From: an uncultured Sphingomonadaceae bacterium
GTDB taxonomy: Bacteria > Pseudomonadota > Alphaproteobacteria > Sphingomonadales > Sphingomonadaceae
Reading direction: 5' to 3'
DNA: 64,000 nt
Assembly: GCA_947488625.1 (NCBI GenBank)
Contig: CANKZR010000004.1
Location: forward strand, 35,142-99,141
The position numbers and the translations under genes are program-made. Of the stretch, positions 35,752 through 45,754 are shown one piece after another (position 1 is the first letter of the stretch; each line of letters opens with the position of its first letter). The notes beneath the pieces were generated by a model. The model made no database searches. It was given only the letters and a program-made list of their open reading frames with translations, and was not told where the DNA came from.

Positions 35752-37194
35752 ATGGCTCTGGGGCCACGGCTAGACCTCAGGCAGTCGCAATCGCTGGTGA
35801 TGACGCCGCAGTTGCAGCAGGCGATCAAGCTGCTGGCGCTGTCCAACCTGGAGATCGAGACCTTCATAGGGGACGCGCTGGAAAGCAACCCGCTGCTGGA
35901 AGCCGGCGAAATGCGCGCGGAGGATCGCGATGCCGCCCCCGAAAGCGAGGAGCCGCAACTCGCCGATTCCACCGCTGCCGACGGAAACGAGGCGCTGGAT
36001 ATCGACGCAGGCGCACTGGATACAGACCGCGATACAGGTGATTGGTCTGCCGATGCGGCAGGCGGCGGCGCCGAAGCGCCCGATCTCGAGAACCGCAGCA
36101 ATGAAGAACTCTCGCTGGCGGATCACCTCGATGCGCAAGTGGGCGCGGCCTCTCCCGACACGCAGACCGAATTCATCGCCCGCCACATCATCGGCCTGCT
36201 CGACGAGACCGGCTACCTCTCTATCGACTTGCGCGAAATTGCCGCCAATCTCGACGTGCCGCTGGCGCGCGTGGAAGCGGCGCTGGAGGTGGTGCAATCG
36301 CTCGACCCCACCGGGATCGGCGCGCGCACGCTGTCCGAATGCCTGATGCTGCAGGCCAGGGAAGCGGACCGTTACGATCCATGCATGGAAGTGCTGATCA
36401 ACAACCTCGAATTGGTCGCCAAGGGCGCGTTCGCGCACCTCAAGCGCATCTGCGACGTGGATGACGAGGATTTTGCCGAGATGCTGGCAGAATTGCGCGA
36501 GTACGATCCCAAACCCGGCTGCAAGTTCGGCGGCGGCACAACCGGCGCGGTGGTGCCCGATGTGCTTTTGTCAGCCAAAGGCGAAGGCTGGGACATCCAG
36601 ATCAACGAGGCGACCCTGCCGCGACTGGTGGTGAACCGCAGCTATTATGTCGAGCTTCGCCAGGGTTGCACGTCGAAGGACGCGAAAGGCTGGCTGAGCG
36701 AGAAGCTGGCCGATGCCAACTGGCTGATAAAGGCGCTGGACCAGCGGCAGAAGACCATCCTCAAGACCGCCGCCGAGATCGTGAAGCAACAGGACGGTTT
36801 TTTCCGCAAGGGCGTCTCCGAACTGCGCCCGCTTACGCTGAAGACCGTGGCCGAGGCAATCGAGATGCATGAAAGCACCGTCAGCCGCGTCACCAGCAAC
36901 AAGTTCCTCCACTGCGAACGCGGCACGTTCGAGCTGAAGTACTTCTTCACCTCCGGCGTAGGCGGCGGCACCGATGGCGAAGGCGCGAGCGCGGAAGCGG
37001 TGAAAGCCCGCATCAAGGCCCTGACCGATGCCGAAGACCCGAAGAAAATCCTGTCGGACGACAAGCTGGTGGAACTGCTGAAAGCCGAAGGCTTCGACCT
37101 GGCGCGCCGGACGGTGGCGAAATACCGCGAGGCTATCGGGATCGGCTCAAGCGTGCAGAGGCGGCGGGCGAAGAAGTTGCAGGCCATGGGGTGA
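35752..37194 (+). CDS. rpoN: RNA polymerase sigma-54 factor
   Basis: MTPQLQQAIKLL, HESTVSRVT and RpoN box ARRTVAKYRE. Confidence 0.98.
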   Translation: MALGPRLDLRQSQSLVMTPQLQQAIKLLALSNLEIETFIGDALESNPLLEAGEMRAEDRDAAPESEEPQLADSTAADGNEALDIDAGALDTDRDTGDWSADAAGGGAEAPDLENRSNEELSLADHLDAQVGAASPDTQTEFIARHIIGLLDETGYLSIDLREIAANLDVPLARVEAALEVVQSLDPTGIGARTLSECLMLQAREADRYDPCMEVLINNLELVAKGAFAHLKRICDVDDEDFAEMLAELREYDPKPGCKFGGGTTGAVVPDVLLSAKGEGWDIQINEATLPRLVVNRSYYVELRQGCTSKDAKGWLSEKLADANWLIKALDQRQKTILKTAAEIVKQQDGFFRKGVSELRPLTLKTVAEAIEMHESTVSRVTSNKFLHCERGTFELKYFFTSGVGGGTDGEGASAEAVKARIKALTDAEDPKKILSDDKLVELLKAEGFDLARRTVAKYREAIGIGSSVQRRRAKKLQAMG

Positions 37195-37229
37195 TTGAGG
37201 ATTGGCCGGCCCCCTCGCCTCTGCAAATC

Positions 37230-38063
37230 TCAAACGATGCATGATCGCAGGCTAGTGACGACTTCGGTGACCAGTTCAGGATCAAGATCCCTACGCCAGC
37301 ATACATAGGCCGGGAATTCAAAGCGCGGGGCATCTTCGACAATCGCCAGTCGGCCATCGTCGATCATTGGCTGCACAACTTTTGCAGGCATGTACCCCGC
37401 CATTTCCTGCCGCATCAGCCACTGTGCCGAGCGACTGCCAAGGTCCAGTACCAGGCCAGCTTGAGGCGCTATATCAAGCCGCGACGCGATCTCCACATCC
37501 AGCGCCCGGCCCCAATCGATGCGTACGTAATTTTCTCGCCATTGCGCCGGATTGCAGCCCGCCACCAGTATCAGTTGATCGTCGAACAGCGGTTCCGCGC
37601 CGATATCGCGGCGAAACACGGGATCATGCAGCACGACGATATCCAGCACGCCTTCTGCAAGGTCGCGATTGAGGCGCGCGCGAGCGCCTGCCGTGGTTCG
37701 CAGGGCGAGATCGGGGAGCTGGGCGCGAACAACGGCCAACCAGTCCATCAACAGACCATCCCAGAGGAAATACTGCCCTCCGAAGGATATGGAACGCGAA
37801 AACCGTTCTGGCAGGGCGACATCGTGCTGCGCATACTCCCAGGCCCGAACGGCCTGCTGCGCGGGACCGACGAATTTTCGTCCGCCGGAAGTAAGCTGAC
37901 ACCCGCGCCTGTCACGAACGAACAGCTGCGTCCCCAGGCGGTTCTCCAATTGCTTGATACGCTCGGTAACGCTGGAGGGAGAGGCGTTAACCCGTTGCGC
38001 GGCACCTGCAAAGCTGCCCGTGGCTGCTGCTGCAAGGAAGGTTCGGAGGGTCGTGATATCCAT
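37230..38063 (-). CDS. LysR-family transcriptional regulator
   Basis: LRTFLAAAATGSFAGAAQRV...SSVTERIKQLENRLGTQLF HTH. Confidence 0.92.
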   Translation of the reverse strand: MDITTLRTFLAAAATGSFAGAAQRVNASPSSVTERIKQLENRLGTQLFVRDRRGCQLTSGGRKFVGPAQQAVRAWEYAQHDVALPERFSRSISFGGQYFLWDGLLMDWLAVVRAQLPDLALRTTAGARARLNRDLAEGVLDIVVLHDPVFRRDIGAEPLFDDQLILVAGCNPAQWRENYVRIDWGRALDVEIASRLDIAPQAGLVLDLGSRSAQWLMRQEMAGYMPAKVVQPMIDDGRLAIVEDAPRFEFPAYVCWRRDLDPELVTEVVTSLRSCIV

Positions 38064-38164
38064 TGAATTTGGATATTCCGAAGATGATCTTATGACAATC
38101 CCGTTTTACGGAATGCTCTGATCGCTCTAATTTGCTGACAACTGATTTGATAATGGAACAGCAA

Positions 38165-38689
38165 ATGAAATCTTACCTCACCATGACCGCAGCGTTGCTG
38201 GGTACGGCGCTCTCTTCGACTGCGATCAGCGCGCAGGCAAACCCGGCTCAATCCGAAATCGTCGTCACCGCAGAACACCAGCGGGACTGGAACCGCGGCA
38301 AGCAGATCGAGACCAGCGGACTTGAGGATCTCTCCAAGGCGCAGGAAAAACTCGCTCGCTACAATGCGGAACGCGCCGATGCGCAAACGGCGCGCGATGC
38401 GGCGCAGGATCGTGTCGATGGTGCCCGCTCAGGCTTCGAGGCCCAAGTGGCGCAAGCCACGAATGTTACCAATCCCGACAGGGCTCGTGACTCCGGTCGC
38501 GATATCAAGAAATTCGCGGATGACTGGGAGAATTTCGACGACCAGTTACGCGTGGCCGAAAGGGATCTGGAACGCGCAACCAACAGGCAAAGCGACGCGC
38601 AGGAAGACTACGACAAGGCGCAAGCTGCCGTCGATCTCGGACGGACGATGATGGCCGAGGCCGAACGTCGCAGTTCAAATCGCGATTGA
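38165..38689 (+). CDS. Secreted coiled-coil hypothetical protein
   Basis: Signal peptide, EIVVTA motif, heptad-rich A/E/R/D body; divergent from the LysR gene. Confidence 0.7.
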   Translation: MKSYLTMTAALLGTALSSTAISAQANPAQSEIVVTAEHQRDWNRGKQIETSGLEDLSKAQEKLARYNAERADAQTARDAAQDRVDGARSGFEAQVAQATNVTNPDRARDSGRDIKKFADDWENFDDQLRVAERDLERATNRQSDAQEDYDKAQAAVDLGRTMMAEAERRSSNRD

Positions 38690-38731
38690 TCCAATGCTTG
38701 CAAATCGTCGCTTCAATTCACGAAGCGAGAG

Positions 38732-38880
38732 GAATCACTGGAGCTGATACGTTTCCCTTTCGAAGGTGCCGAATACCCGGAAGTTAAGGCAAATCGCGTG
38801 TTGCAAGGAAGACTCACCCACAAAGTCTTAACACGGGAAACGCTTTGTTAACCTTTTTCGGTGAGAAATTGCGTGGTTAA
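38732..38880. promoter_or_regulatory. ctrA promoter region with GANTC (CcrM) sites and TTAA half-sites
   Basis: GAATC 38732 and GACTC 38811; TTAA at 38784, 38828, 38848 and 38877. No exact TTAA-N7-TTAA full site seen. Confidence 0.45.
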
Positions 38881-38939
38881 TAACGGGCAACACCTCCTGG
38901 TCGGAGGAAACCTGTGGGGACACGAAGGGGTTCAATAAG

Positions 38940-39641
38940 ATGCGCGTGCTTTTGATCGAAGACGAGCCGACAACGGCGAAGGCAATCGAGCTGATGCTCA
39001 CCACCGAAGGCTTCAACGTCTACTCGACGGACCTTGGCGAAGAAGGCCTCGATCTGGGCAAGCTGTATGATTACGATATCATCCTGCTCGACCTGAACCT
39101 GCCCGACATGCACGGCTATGACGTGCTGAAGAAGCTGCGCGTCGCCAAGGTGCAGACGCCGGTCCTGATCCTTTCCGGTATTGCCGAGATGGACAGCAAG
39201 ATCCGTTCGTTCGGCTTCGGCGCCGACGACTACGTGACCAAGCCTTTCCACCGTGACGAACTGGTTGCCCGCATCCACGCCGTCGTGCGCCGTTCGAAGG
39301 GCCACAGCCAGTCGATCATCCGCACCGGCAAGCTGGCCGTGAACCTCGATGCCAAGACTGTCGAAGTCGATGGCGCCCGCGTTCACCTGACGGGCAAGGA
39401 ATATGCGATGCTGGAACTGCTCAGCTTGCGCAAGGGCACCACGCTGACCAAGGAAATGTTCCTCAACCACCTGTATGGCGGCATGGACGAACCGGAACTC
39501 AAGATCATCGATGTGTTCATCTGCAAGCTGCGCAAGAAGCTTTCCAGCGCCTGCGGCGGCGACAACTACATCGAAACCGTCTGGGGCCGCGGCTACGTGC
39601 TGCGCGATCCCGATGCTGTTGAAGAAACCGAAGCCGCGTGA
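38940..39641 (+). CDS. ctrA: Cell-cycle response regulator CtrA
   Basis: MRVLLIEDE..., LLDLNLPDM and [12 protein letters not shown], near-identical to the alphaproteobacterial CtrA pattern. Confidence 0.97.
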   Translation: MRVLLIEDEPTTAKAIELMLTTEGFNVYSTDLGEEGLDLGKLYDYDIILLDLNLPDMHGYDVLKKLRVAKVQTPVLILSGIAEMDSKIRSFGFGADDYVTKPFHRDELVARIHAVVRRSKGHSQSIIRTGKLAVNLDAKTVEVDGARVHLTGKEYAMLELLSLRKGTTLTKEMFLNHLYGGMDEPELKIIDVFICKLRKKLSSACGGDNYIETVWGRGYVLRDPDAVEETEAA

Positions 39642-39685
39642 TGCGAAGGACCTAATACTCCAGTCTCCTGGACGGGAGAATGAAG

Positions 39686-39716
39686 GCCCCGGAAGTTTCG
39701 CGCTTCCGGGGCTTTT
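39686..39716 (+). terminator. Rho-independent terminator of ctrA
   Basis: GCCCCGGAAG-TTTCGCG-CTTCCGGGGC-TTTT. Confidence 0.85.
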
Positions 39717-39774
39717 GCGTGCTGCTTTGAAAAAATGCTTCCCTGCATTTCAAACGCGTGCGCAGTATCTCTGC

Positions 39775-40878
39775 ATGAAAACGATTCTCTTCGGCATCAA
39801 GACCTTGCTTGCCGCCATCGCCATCGCCCTCACCCCCTTCGCCTTAACGGCGCAGGTAAGCGATTACGACGAGGACATTGCCTTCGTTGTCGATGTGCTT
39901 CGCACCGATTATGCGGGTTGGGAGGCCAAGACTGCCGACGGCGGGCAGGCCGAGTTCGAACGCGAACTTGCCCGGGCGCGGCAGCGCATCGCCGAAAATC
40001 CGGAAGCGCGTATGTGGGCTATAGGTGCTTTGCTGGACTGGTTCGCGGATGACCACCTTGGCCTGCGTTCGAACATCGTATCACCTGCCAATCCCTGGGC
40101 GCAGAACAGTGATCCCGGACAAGCGCGTGACTTCAGCCCGCCGCCGGGCAATGAATTCGCGTTCAGCCGCCTATCGTCCGATACGGTGATGCTGCGCGTC
40201 CCCACGTTCAATATCGGCTATCTTGAAGAGTTCGAAGCCCTGCTGGAAGAACACCACGAAACGATTACGTCGACGCCCAACCTGCTGATCGATCTGCGCG
40301 GCAACGATGGCGGTTCGGACCAGATGTATTCGCGCTTGATGAGCTATCTCTACACGCGTCCAATCTACCAGATAGGTGTCGAACTGCGCGATACGCCGCG
40401 TAACCTCGCGGCGCTGCAGGCCAATGTCGACAGCGGGGAGTATCCGGAAGAGGTGCAAGAATTCGTGCAGCATGTGCTGGCACGCGCCGCGGCGTCCGAA
40501 AGCGACTACGTCTCCCTTTCGGAGAACGGCTTCGAGATCGTTACCTACCCGCAGGTCTACGAGTACCCGGCGCGCGTGGGCATCCTGGCTGAAGGCGCAG
40601 GCTCTTCCGGGGACCAGTTCGCGATCGATGCCCGCGCCAGTCGCAAGGTCACCCTCCTGGGAGGACCGACGGCGGGTGTGATCGACTATTCGAACGTCAT
40701 CACGGCACCGTCACCGTCGGGCGACTTCGCGCTTGCCTGGCCGATGACGCGGTCCATGCGCCTTCCCGAAGAACCATTCGACAACGTCGGCGTGCAGCCC
40801 GACGTGCCTTTCCCCGCTGGCGGAGTGGCGGATGAAATCGCCTGGGCGCAAGCCTGGCTGGAGCGGCAGGCTGACTGA
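39775..40878 (+). CDS. S41-family peptidase, secreted
   Basis: LLIDLRGNDGG, GAGSSGDQF and GGPTAGVIDY motifs; signal peptide MKTILF. Confidence 0.8.
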   Translation: MKTILFGIKTLLAAIAIALTPFALTAQVSDYDEDIAFVVDVLRTDYAGWEAKTADGGQAEFERELARARQRIAENPEARMWAIGALLDWFADDHLGLRSNIVSPANPWAQNSDPGQARDFSPPPGNEFAFSRLSSDTVMLRVPTFNIGYLEEFEALLEEHHETITSTPNLLIDLRGNDGGSDQMYSRLMSYLYTRPIYQIGVELRDTPRNLAALQANVDSGEYPEEVQEFVQHVLARAAASESDYVSLSENGFEIVTYPQVYEYPARVGILAEGAGSSGDQFAIDARASRKVTLLGGPTAGVIDYSNVITAPSPSGDFALAWPMTRSMRLPEEPFDNVGVQPDVPFPAGGVADEIAWAQAWLERQAD

Positions 40879-40889
40879 AGTCCGCGCAA

Positions 40890-42101
40890 TCAGCTCGATT
40901 TCAAACCCTGCAAATCCAGCCCGCTGGGCTCCTGAAACAGGCGCAGGCCGAACTCGGGCAGGATGGCAATCAGGTGATCGAATACGTCGGCCTGTATCCG
41001 CTCGAACTCTTTCCAGTCGGTGGTGTCAGTGAAACAGTATATTTGCAGCGGCAACCCTTGCGGCGTCGGGTCCAGCTGACGAACGAGCAGGGTGAAGCCT
41101 ACCCCCTTCAGTTCCGGGTGGGCGCGCAGGTAGGCCACCACATATGCCCGGAAAGTGCCGATATTGGTGATCCGTCTGGCGTTGACGGGGTTTGCATCGC
41201 TGGTCAGTTCCCGGGCGTTCCAGCTGGCGAGTTCCTCGTCCTTGTCGGCAAGATAGTTTGACAGCAGGCGGAAGCGGCGCAGGTCGTTCACCTCTTCGGG
41301 TTTCAGGAAGCGGACGGAATTCTGGTCGAGCGGCAGGGCGCGCTTGATCCGCCGCCCGCCAGCATCCTTCATCCCGCGCCAGTTCTTGTAGCTGTCGGAA
41401 ATCAGCCTGTGCGTGGGAATAGTGGTGATGGTCTTGTCGAAATTCTGCACCTTCACGGTGTGCAACGCGATATCGATCACGTCGCCATCAGCATTCATCG
41501 ACGGCATATCGATCCAGTCGCCCACGCGCAGCATGTCATTGCTGGAAAGCTGGACAGAGGCGACAAGCGATAGGATCGTATCCTTGAACACCAGCAGCAG
41601 CACGGCCGCCATCGCGCCGAGACCGGACAACAGCAGCAGCGGCGATTGCTCGATCAGCGCGGCAATCGCCAGGATCGCGCCGGCGCAATAGACGATGATC
41701 TTGAGCACCTGAACATAGCCCTTGATCGGCTTGTTTTTCGCCTGAGGCTGGCGATTGTAGATCTCGTTGATGTAATCCAGCGCCTTGCTGATCGCCATCG
41801 CCACGCTCAGCACGACGCAGGCCATGGCGATATTGTGCACCAGCGTGCGCACGGTCGGATAAAGGTGTGGCACCAGTTCAATGCCATTGGCCACGATCAG
41901 CAGCGGCGCGACCGTGGCGAGGCGCGCGGCGGCCCTGTCCGCCGTCCGCGAGCGCGTATCGAGGAATGGCGCCGCCAGCTGCAGGATCACTTTCTTGAGA
42001 AGGAAGTTCACCGCCAGTGCCACCAGCGCCAGGCCAGCCAGGCCAAGTGCCGATTGCGCCCAGACCGGTTGCGCGTTGAAAAGCGTGATTGCAGGTTCCA
42101 T
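40890..42101 (-). CDS. MscS-family (YbdG/MscM-like) mechanosensitive channel
   Basis: LLVFKDTILSLVASVQL, DIALHTVKVQNFDKTITTIPT and RRIKR motifs. Confidence 0.9.
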   Translation of the reverse strand: MEPAITLFNAQPVWAQSALGLAGLALVALAVNFLLKKVILQLAAPFLDTRSRTADRAAARLATVAPLLIVANGIELVPHLYPTVRTLVHNIAMACVVLSVAMAISKALDYINEIYNRQPQAKNKPIKGYVQVLKIIVYCAGAILAIAALIEQSPLLLLSGLGAMAAVLLLVFKDTILSLVASVQLSSNDMLRVGDWIDMPSMNADGDVIDIALHTVKVQNFDKTITTIPTHRLISDSYKNWRGMKDAGGRRIKRALPLDQNSVRFLKPEEVNDLRRFRLLSNYLADKDEELASWNARELTSDANPVNARRITNIGTFRAYVVAYLRAHPELKGVGFTLLVRQLDPTPQGLPLQIYCFTDTTDWKEFERIQADVFDHLIAILPEFGLRLFQEPSGLDLQGLKSS

Positions 42102-42211
42102 ACCAGAGCGCGCCTAGCCGAGAGCGTGGCCGCTGCTCAACCCCCGGCCCGCGCAACCATCTGCAGATGGCGGCTGGACAAGACCCGCCTGCCCCCTCTA
42201 GCGAGCGCAGC

Positions 42212-42913
42212 ATGACAGCCCACAAGGACGGCGATCCCACCACGCTCAACCGGCTTTATGGCCGCTCCGTCGGCAAGCCTCTGCGCGCCCAGCAGCAGGA
42301 CCTTGTCGATAGCTTCCTGCCGAAGATATCCGTTCCAATCGAAGGACCGGTTACGGCAGAGCGCCTGTTCGGCGAAGATTGCCCGCTGCATTTCGAAATC
42401 GGTTTCGGCGGCGGCGAGCATCTTGCCTACCGGGCGGACCTGCTGCCCAACCACGGATTTATCGGTGCAGAGCCCTTCACCAACGGTGTGGCACAGGCGT
42501 TGACGCATGTGCGCGATGGGAAGCTGGCCAACGTACGTCTTCATGCCGGGGACGCGCTGGAAGTACTCGGCCGCGTGCCGGACGGCGCGCTGACCATGGC
42601 CTACCTGCTGCACCCCGACCCCTGGCCCAAGGCGCGCCATGCCAAGCGGCGCATGATGAACGACGGACCGGTGCAGATGATTGCCGACAAGCTCAAGCCC
42701 GGCGGCGAATTCCGCTTTGGCACCGATCACCCGGTCTACGTGCGCCATGCGCTGATGGTAATGCGCCGTTTCACCGATGTGTTCGAATGGGTGGCAGAGG
42801 GACCGGACGCCTTCCGAAATCGCCCCTCAGGCTGGTGCGAAACCCGTTACGAGAACAAGGCGCGCACCAAGATGGGGCACGAGGTCTGGTACTTTCGATT
42901 CAGACGACGCTAA
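42212..42913 (+). CDS. trmB: tRNA (guanine-N7)-methyltransferase
   Basis: EIGFGGGEH, IGAEPF, HPDPWPKARHAKRR and TRYE motifs. Confidence 0.95.
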   Translation: MTAHKDGDPTTLNRLYGRSVGKPLRAQQQDLVDSFLPKISVPIEGPVTAERLFGEDCPLHFEIGFGGGEHLAYRADLLPNHGFIGAEPFTNGVAQALTHVRDGKLANVRLHAGDALEVLGRVPDGALTMAYLLHPDPWPKARHAKRRMMNDGPVQMIADKLKPGGEFRFGTDHPVYVRHALMVMRRFTDVFEWVAEGPDAFRNRPSGWCETRYENKARTKMGHEVWYFRFRRR

Positions 42914-43040
42914 AGTACGAAATCATTGTAAAACAATGTACTTAGCAGATTCACCTTACGCTAGAATTGCCTCCATTTCGCCCCTTTTTCCGCTTGCGTG
43001 ATTGCCCGGTGATTGCCAGAAAAGGGACACGAGGTTTCGG

Positions 43041-44252
43041 ATGGCAACAGGAAAAATCACGAAAAAATCGATAGATGCGCTGGAGCCAAGCAGCTCGAGC
43101 CAGCTCCTTTGGGATACGGACCTCAAAGGATTCGGTGCGAAAATCACTCCAGCCGGCTCGATATCCTATGTGCTGCAGTTCCGAATGGGCGGCCGTGAAG
43201 CTCGAACAAGACGCTATACTATCGGGGCGCACGGGTCGCCGTGGACACCGACGACAGCGAGAGTGGAGGCGGAACGCCTTCAGTTACTAATTGCGCAAGG
43301 TATCGACCCTGTAGACGATGATAAGCAGAGGCGCCGCGAAGCCGTCGATCTCGCATTCGACAACTATGCGTCGCATTTCGCTCGGTCCTGCAAGGGTGTT
43401 GGCTGGGCGAGGCTCGTTGAACGCGTCATCCGGCTTTACCTTGAACCGGTTATCGGAAAAAAGCCGCTTCCCCGAGTTTCGAGGCCGGATATCGTAGCCG
43501 TCCTGGACAATATGCCCGAGCATCAGGTTGCCAATCGCCGGAATGTCTTTGCGGTGATGCGGCGCCTATTCCGATGGGCTGTCAGTCGTGGCGATATCGA
43601 GCGCAGTCCCATGGAGGGAATGGAGGCACCACCGCCGGTAAGGCCGCGGGATCGCTGGCTACAGGACGACGAGCTTCGACACATCTGGGAAGCAGCTCCC
43701 GATTGCTATCTTTGCTTTGGTCCAATTGTCCGCTTGCTCATTGCGACAGGGCAACGCCGCGAAGAGGTTTCAGGAATACATTGGCAAGAGGTTGATCGGA
43801 AAGACCGGTTTTGGACGCTGCCAGGTTCACGAACAAAGAATAATGAACCAAACGCGATCCCACTGAACGACCTTGCCGTTGCCGAACTCGATCGGCAGGC
43901 AGGCGGCGCGAACTGGCCGAAGAAAGGGCGCGTTTTTGCCACGTCAAGCGGGGCAGGTTTTACCGGCTACGCCAAGGGCAAGAAGAAACTGGACGGTCTC
44001 ATAGAGCAAAAGCTTGGTGAGCCATTGCAACCCTGGCGCCTGCACGATCTTCGGCGCACGCTTGCGACCAACTTCCAGCGCCTCGGCGTTCGCTTCGAGG
44101 TTACAGAGGCAGTTTTGAACCATGTCAGCGGCTCAAGAGCAGGCGTTGCAGGAATCTACCAGCGCCACGACTGGAAAGACGAGAAGAGAGAAGCGCTCGA
44201 TGATTGGAATGAGCATCTGGTCCAGATACTGAACGGCTCCGAACAGACTTGA
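43041..44252 (+). CDS. int: Tyrosine recombinase/integrase with N-terminal arm-binding (DUF4102-type) domain
   Basis: LLWDTDLKGFG...YTIGAHG arm domain; catalytic TGQRREE, TKN, HDLRRT, LNH and Y (GIYQRH). Confidence 0.95.
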   Translation: MATGKITKKSIDALEPSSSSQLLWDTDLKGFGAKITPAGSISYVLQFRMGGREARTRRYTIGAHGSPWTPTTARVEAERLQLLIAQGIDPVDDDKQRRREAVDLAFDNYASHFARSCKGVGWARLVERVIRLYLEPVIGKKPLPRVSRPDIVAVLDNMPEHQVANRRNVFAVMRRLFRWAVSRGDIERSPMEGMEAPPPVRPRDRWLQDDELRHIWEAAPDCYLCFGPIVRLLIATGQRREEVSGIHWQEVDRKDRFWTLPGSRTKNNEPNAIPLNDLAVAELDRQAGGANWPKKGRVFATSSGAGFTGYAKGKKKLDGLIEQKLGEPLQPWRLHDLRRTLATNFQRLGVRFEVTEAVLNHVSGSRAGVAGIYQRHDWKDEKREALDDWNEHLVQILNGSEQT

Positions 44253-44285
44253 AGCATACGCTTGAGGAGCCATGGCTTGCAAATC

Positions 44286-44891
44286 TCAGGTCGATCCCTG
44301 TTCCGCGAGCACTGCAATCAGCCGGGAGACGTTCGCGAGGCATTGGTCATGATATCGCCTTAGTGCCTGGACGCGCTTTGACGGAGTCGCCAAAGCACTG
44401 CCCTCCAGCTCCGCAAGCGCCTCCAGAGCGTTTGGCAGGACGTCAGGCTCCAGCCTTCTTACGATGTGCAATCGGTCGCTAATCAGGTCGACCGTCTGCC
44501 TTAGAAATCTGTTTTCCGAACCCAAGGCAAAAATCGAAAAAACATCGCCAACGCGGTCAGCGTAGGTGTCGATCGGTGCGGCTAGATCAGCCGTGTCGAT
44601 TTTCCGTGGTGCTGGATCGGCCACGCTTTCCAAGAGAAGAACATTTACTGCGAGCATGTCGCGCAACGAATGTTCGGTCAGGAGCGTGACCCGGTACCCC
44701 TCGCCAGGGGTCAGATCGACAAGACCTTCGCCGACAAGTTGATTGAGGCTGTCTCGCACAGGTGTCATGCTGACACCGAACTCGTCTGCCAATCGCATCG
44801 CTTCGAGTTTCTGGCCGATCGGCCAAGTACCCTCCATCAATGCCCTTTTCAGGCGGCGATAGGTCGGTTCCAGGACGTGTGCGGGGCTCAT
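44286..44891 (-). CDS. GntR-family transcriptional regulator
   Basis: LADEFGVSMTPVRDSL..L..EGLV wHTH; ATGA overlap with phyH. Confidence 0.88.
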   Translation of the reverse strand: MSPAHVLEPTYRRLKRALMEGTWPIGQKLEAMRLADEFGVSMTPVRDSLNQLVGEGLVDLTPGEGYRVTLLTEHSLRDMLAVNVLLLESVADPAPRKIDTADLAAPIDTYADRVGDVFSIFALGSENRFLRQTVDLISDRLHIVRRLEPDVLPNALEALAELEGSALATPSKRVQALRRYHDQCLANVSRLIAVLAEQGST

Positions 44892-45754
44892 CTCTTGGAG
44901 CGACGAGCTTCCGCAAATTCATGGACAGCTGCAAGCTGCTCGGGCCGAAGCGCATCGGTAGCCTGCGGATAATTGGCTACCTCTTCACCGAGCAGAATGG
45001 ATGGACACTGACCTTCGTAGTTCCCAAGATTCGGTCGGTGCTGCGCATAACCTGCCAATTCAGCAAGTTCGGGCGGAAAATTTCGCGCGACCTCTGGCGG
45101 ATATGCCAGCCAAAGGTTCTCGTACGGCTTGAGCCAGCCGAGGCTGTAGCCGATCACAACGCCGCGTCGGACGTCTTCGGTCGAGTTTGGTCCAGCACCG
45201 TGCACGGTCGAACCAAGAAAGCAGATCGCATCACCTGGCTTGCTTGCCGCAACAATCGGATCACCAAGTTGATCGAGGCTCTCGACAGGACGTTTATGTG
45301 TCCCGGGATAGATGCGGGTCGCGCCGTTGGATGAGTTGAAGTCGGTGAGCGGCCAAATGACATTGAGCAGATATTCGTGTTCACCCTTGGCACCGGCCCA
45401 CATGTCGTGATCACAATGCGGGAACTGTTCGATCTCGCCGGGATGAATGGCGATTGCCTGGGCAACGTTAAGCTGAATTCGGTCGCAAGCCTTACCGAGG
45501 ACTTCGCGGGCCAGCGAAAGGATGAGAGGCTGCAGAACAAGGTCACAGGCCCAGCGTGAGCGGCGCAACAAACTACCGAAACGCTTCGTGCGAAACCCGT
45601 AGAAATCGCCGTGACCCATAGGGGTTTCGGTAAAATCCCGTTCAAGATCTGCATCGAGCGCCGCGATGCTGCTCTGAGGAAGGAGGTCCGGAATGATGCA
45701 ATAGCCATCCTTCTGTAGCCGTTCGAGCCAATCGATTGATTTGATATCGCTCAT
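44888..45754 (-). CDS. phyH: Phytanoyl-CoA dioxygenase-family Fe(II)/2-oxoglutarate oxygenase
   Basis: HxD (PHCDHDMW), NGATRIYPGTH and distal His (STVHGAG); ATGA overlap with luxI. Confidence 0.85.
   Translation of the reverse strand: MSDIKSIDWLERLQKDGYCIIPDLLPQSSIAALDADLERDFTETPMGHGDFYGFRTKRFGSLLRRSRWACDLVLQPLILSLAREVLGKACDRIQLNVAQAIAIHPGEIEQFPHCDHDMWAGAKGEHEYLLNVIWPLTDFNSSNGATRIYPGTHKRPVESLDQLGDPIVAASKPGDAICFLGSTVHGAGPNSTEDVRRGVVIGYSLGWLKPYENLWLAYPPEVARNFPPELAELAGYAQHRPNLGNYEGQCPSILLGEEVANYPQATDALRPEQLAAVHEFAEARRSKR

Noticed and set aside
42878-43035. CACGAGGT repeated in the trmB tail and upstream of int as a possible att core duplication
   Set aside because: Only 8 bp, and the second copy is explained by the int RBS (GAGG); an att duplicate should lie at the far end of the element.
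42914-43040. tRNA or tmRNA gene as integration target
   Set aside because: No cloverleaf, T-loop GTTCRA or CCA-end pattern is visible between trmB and int.
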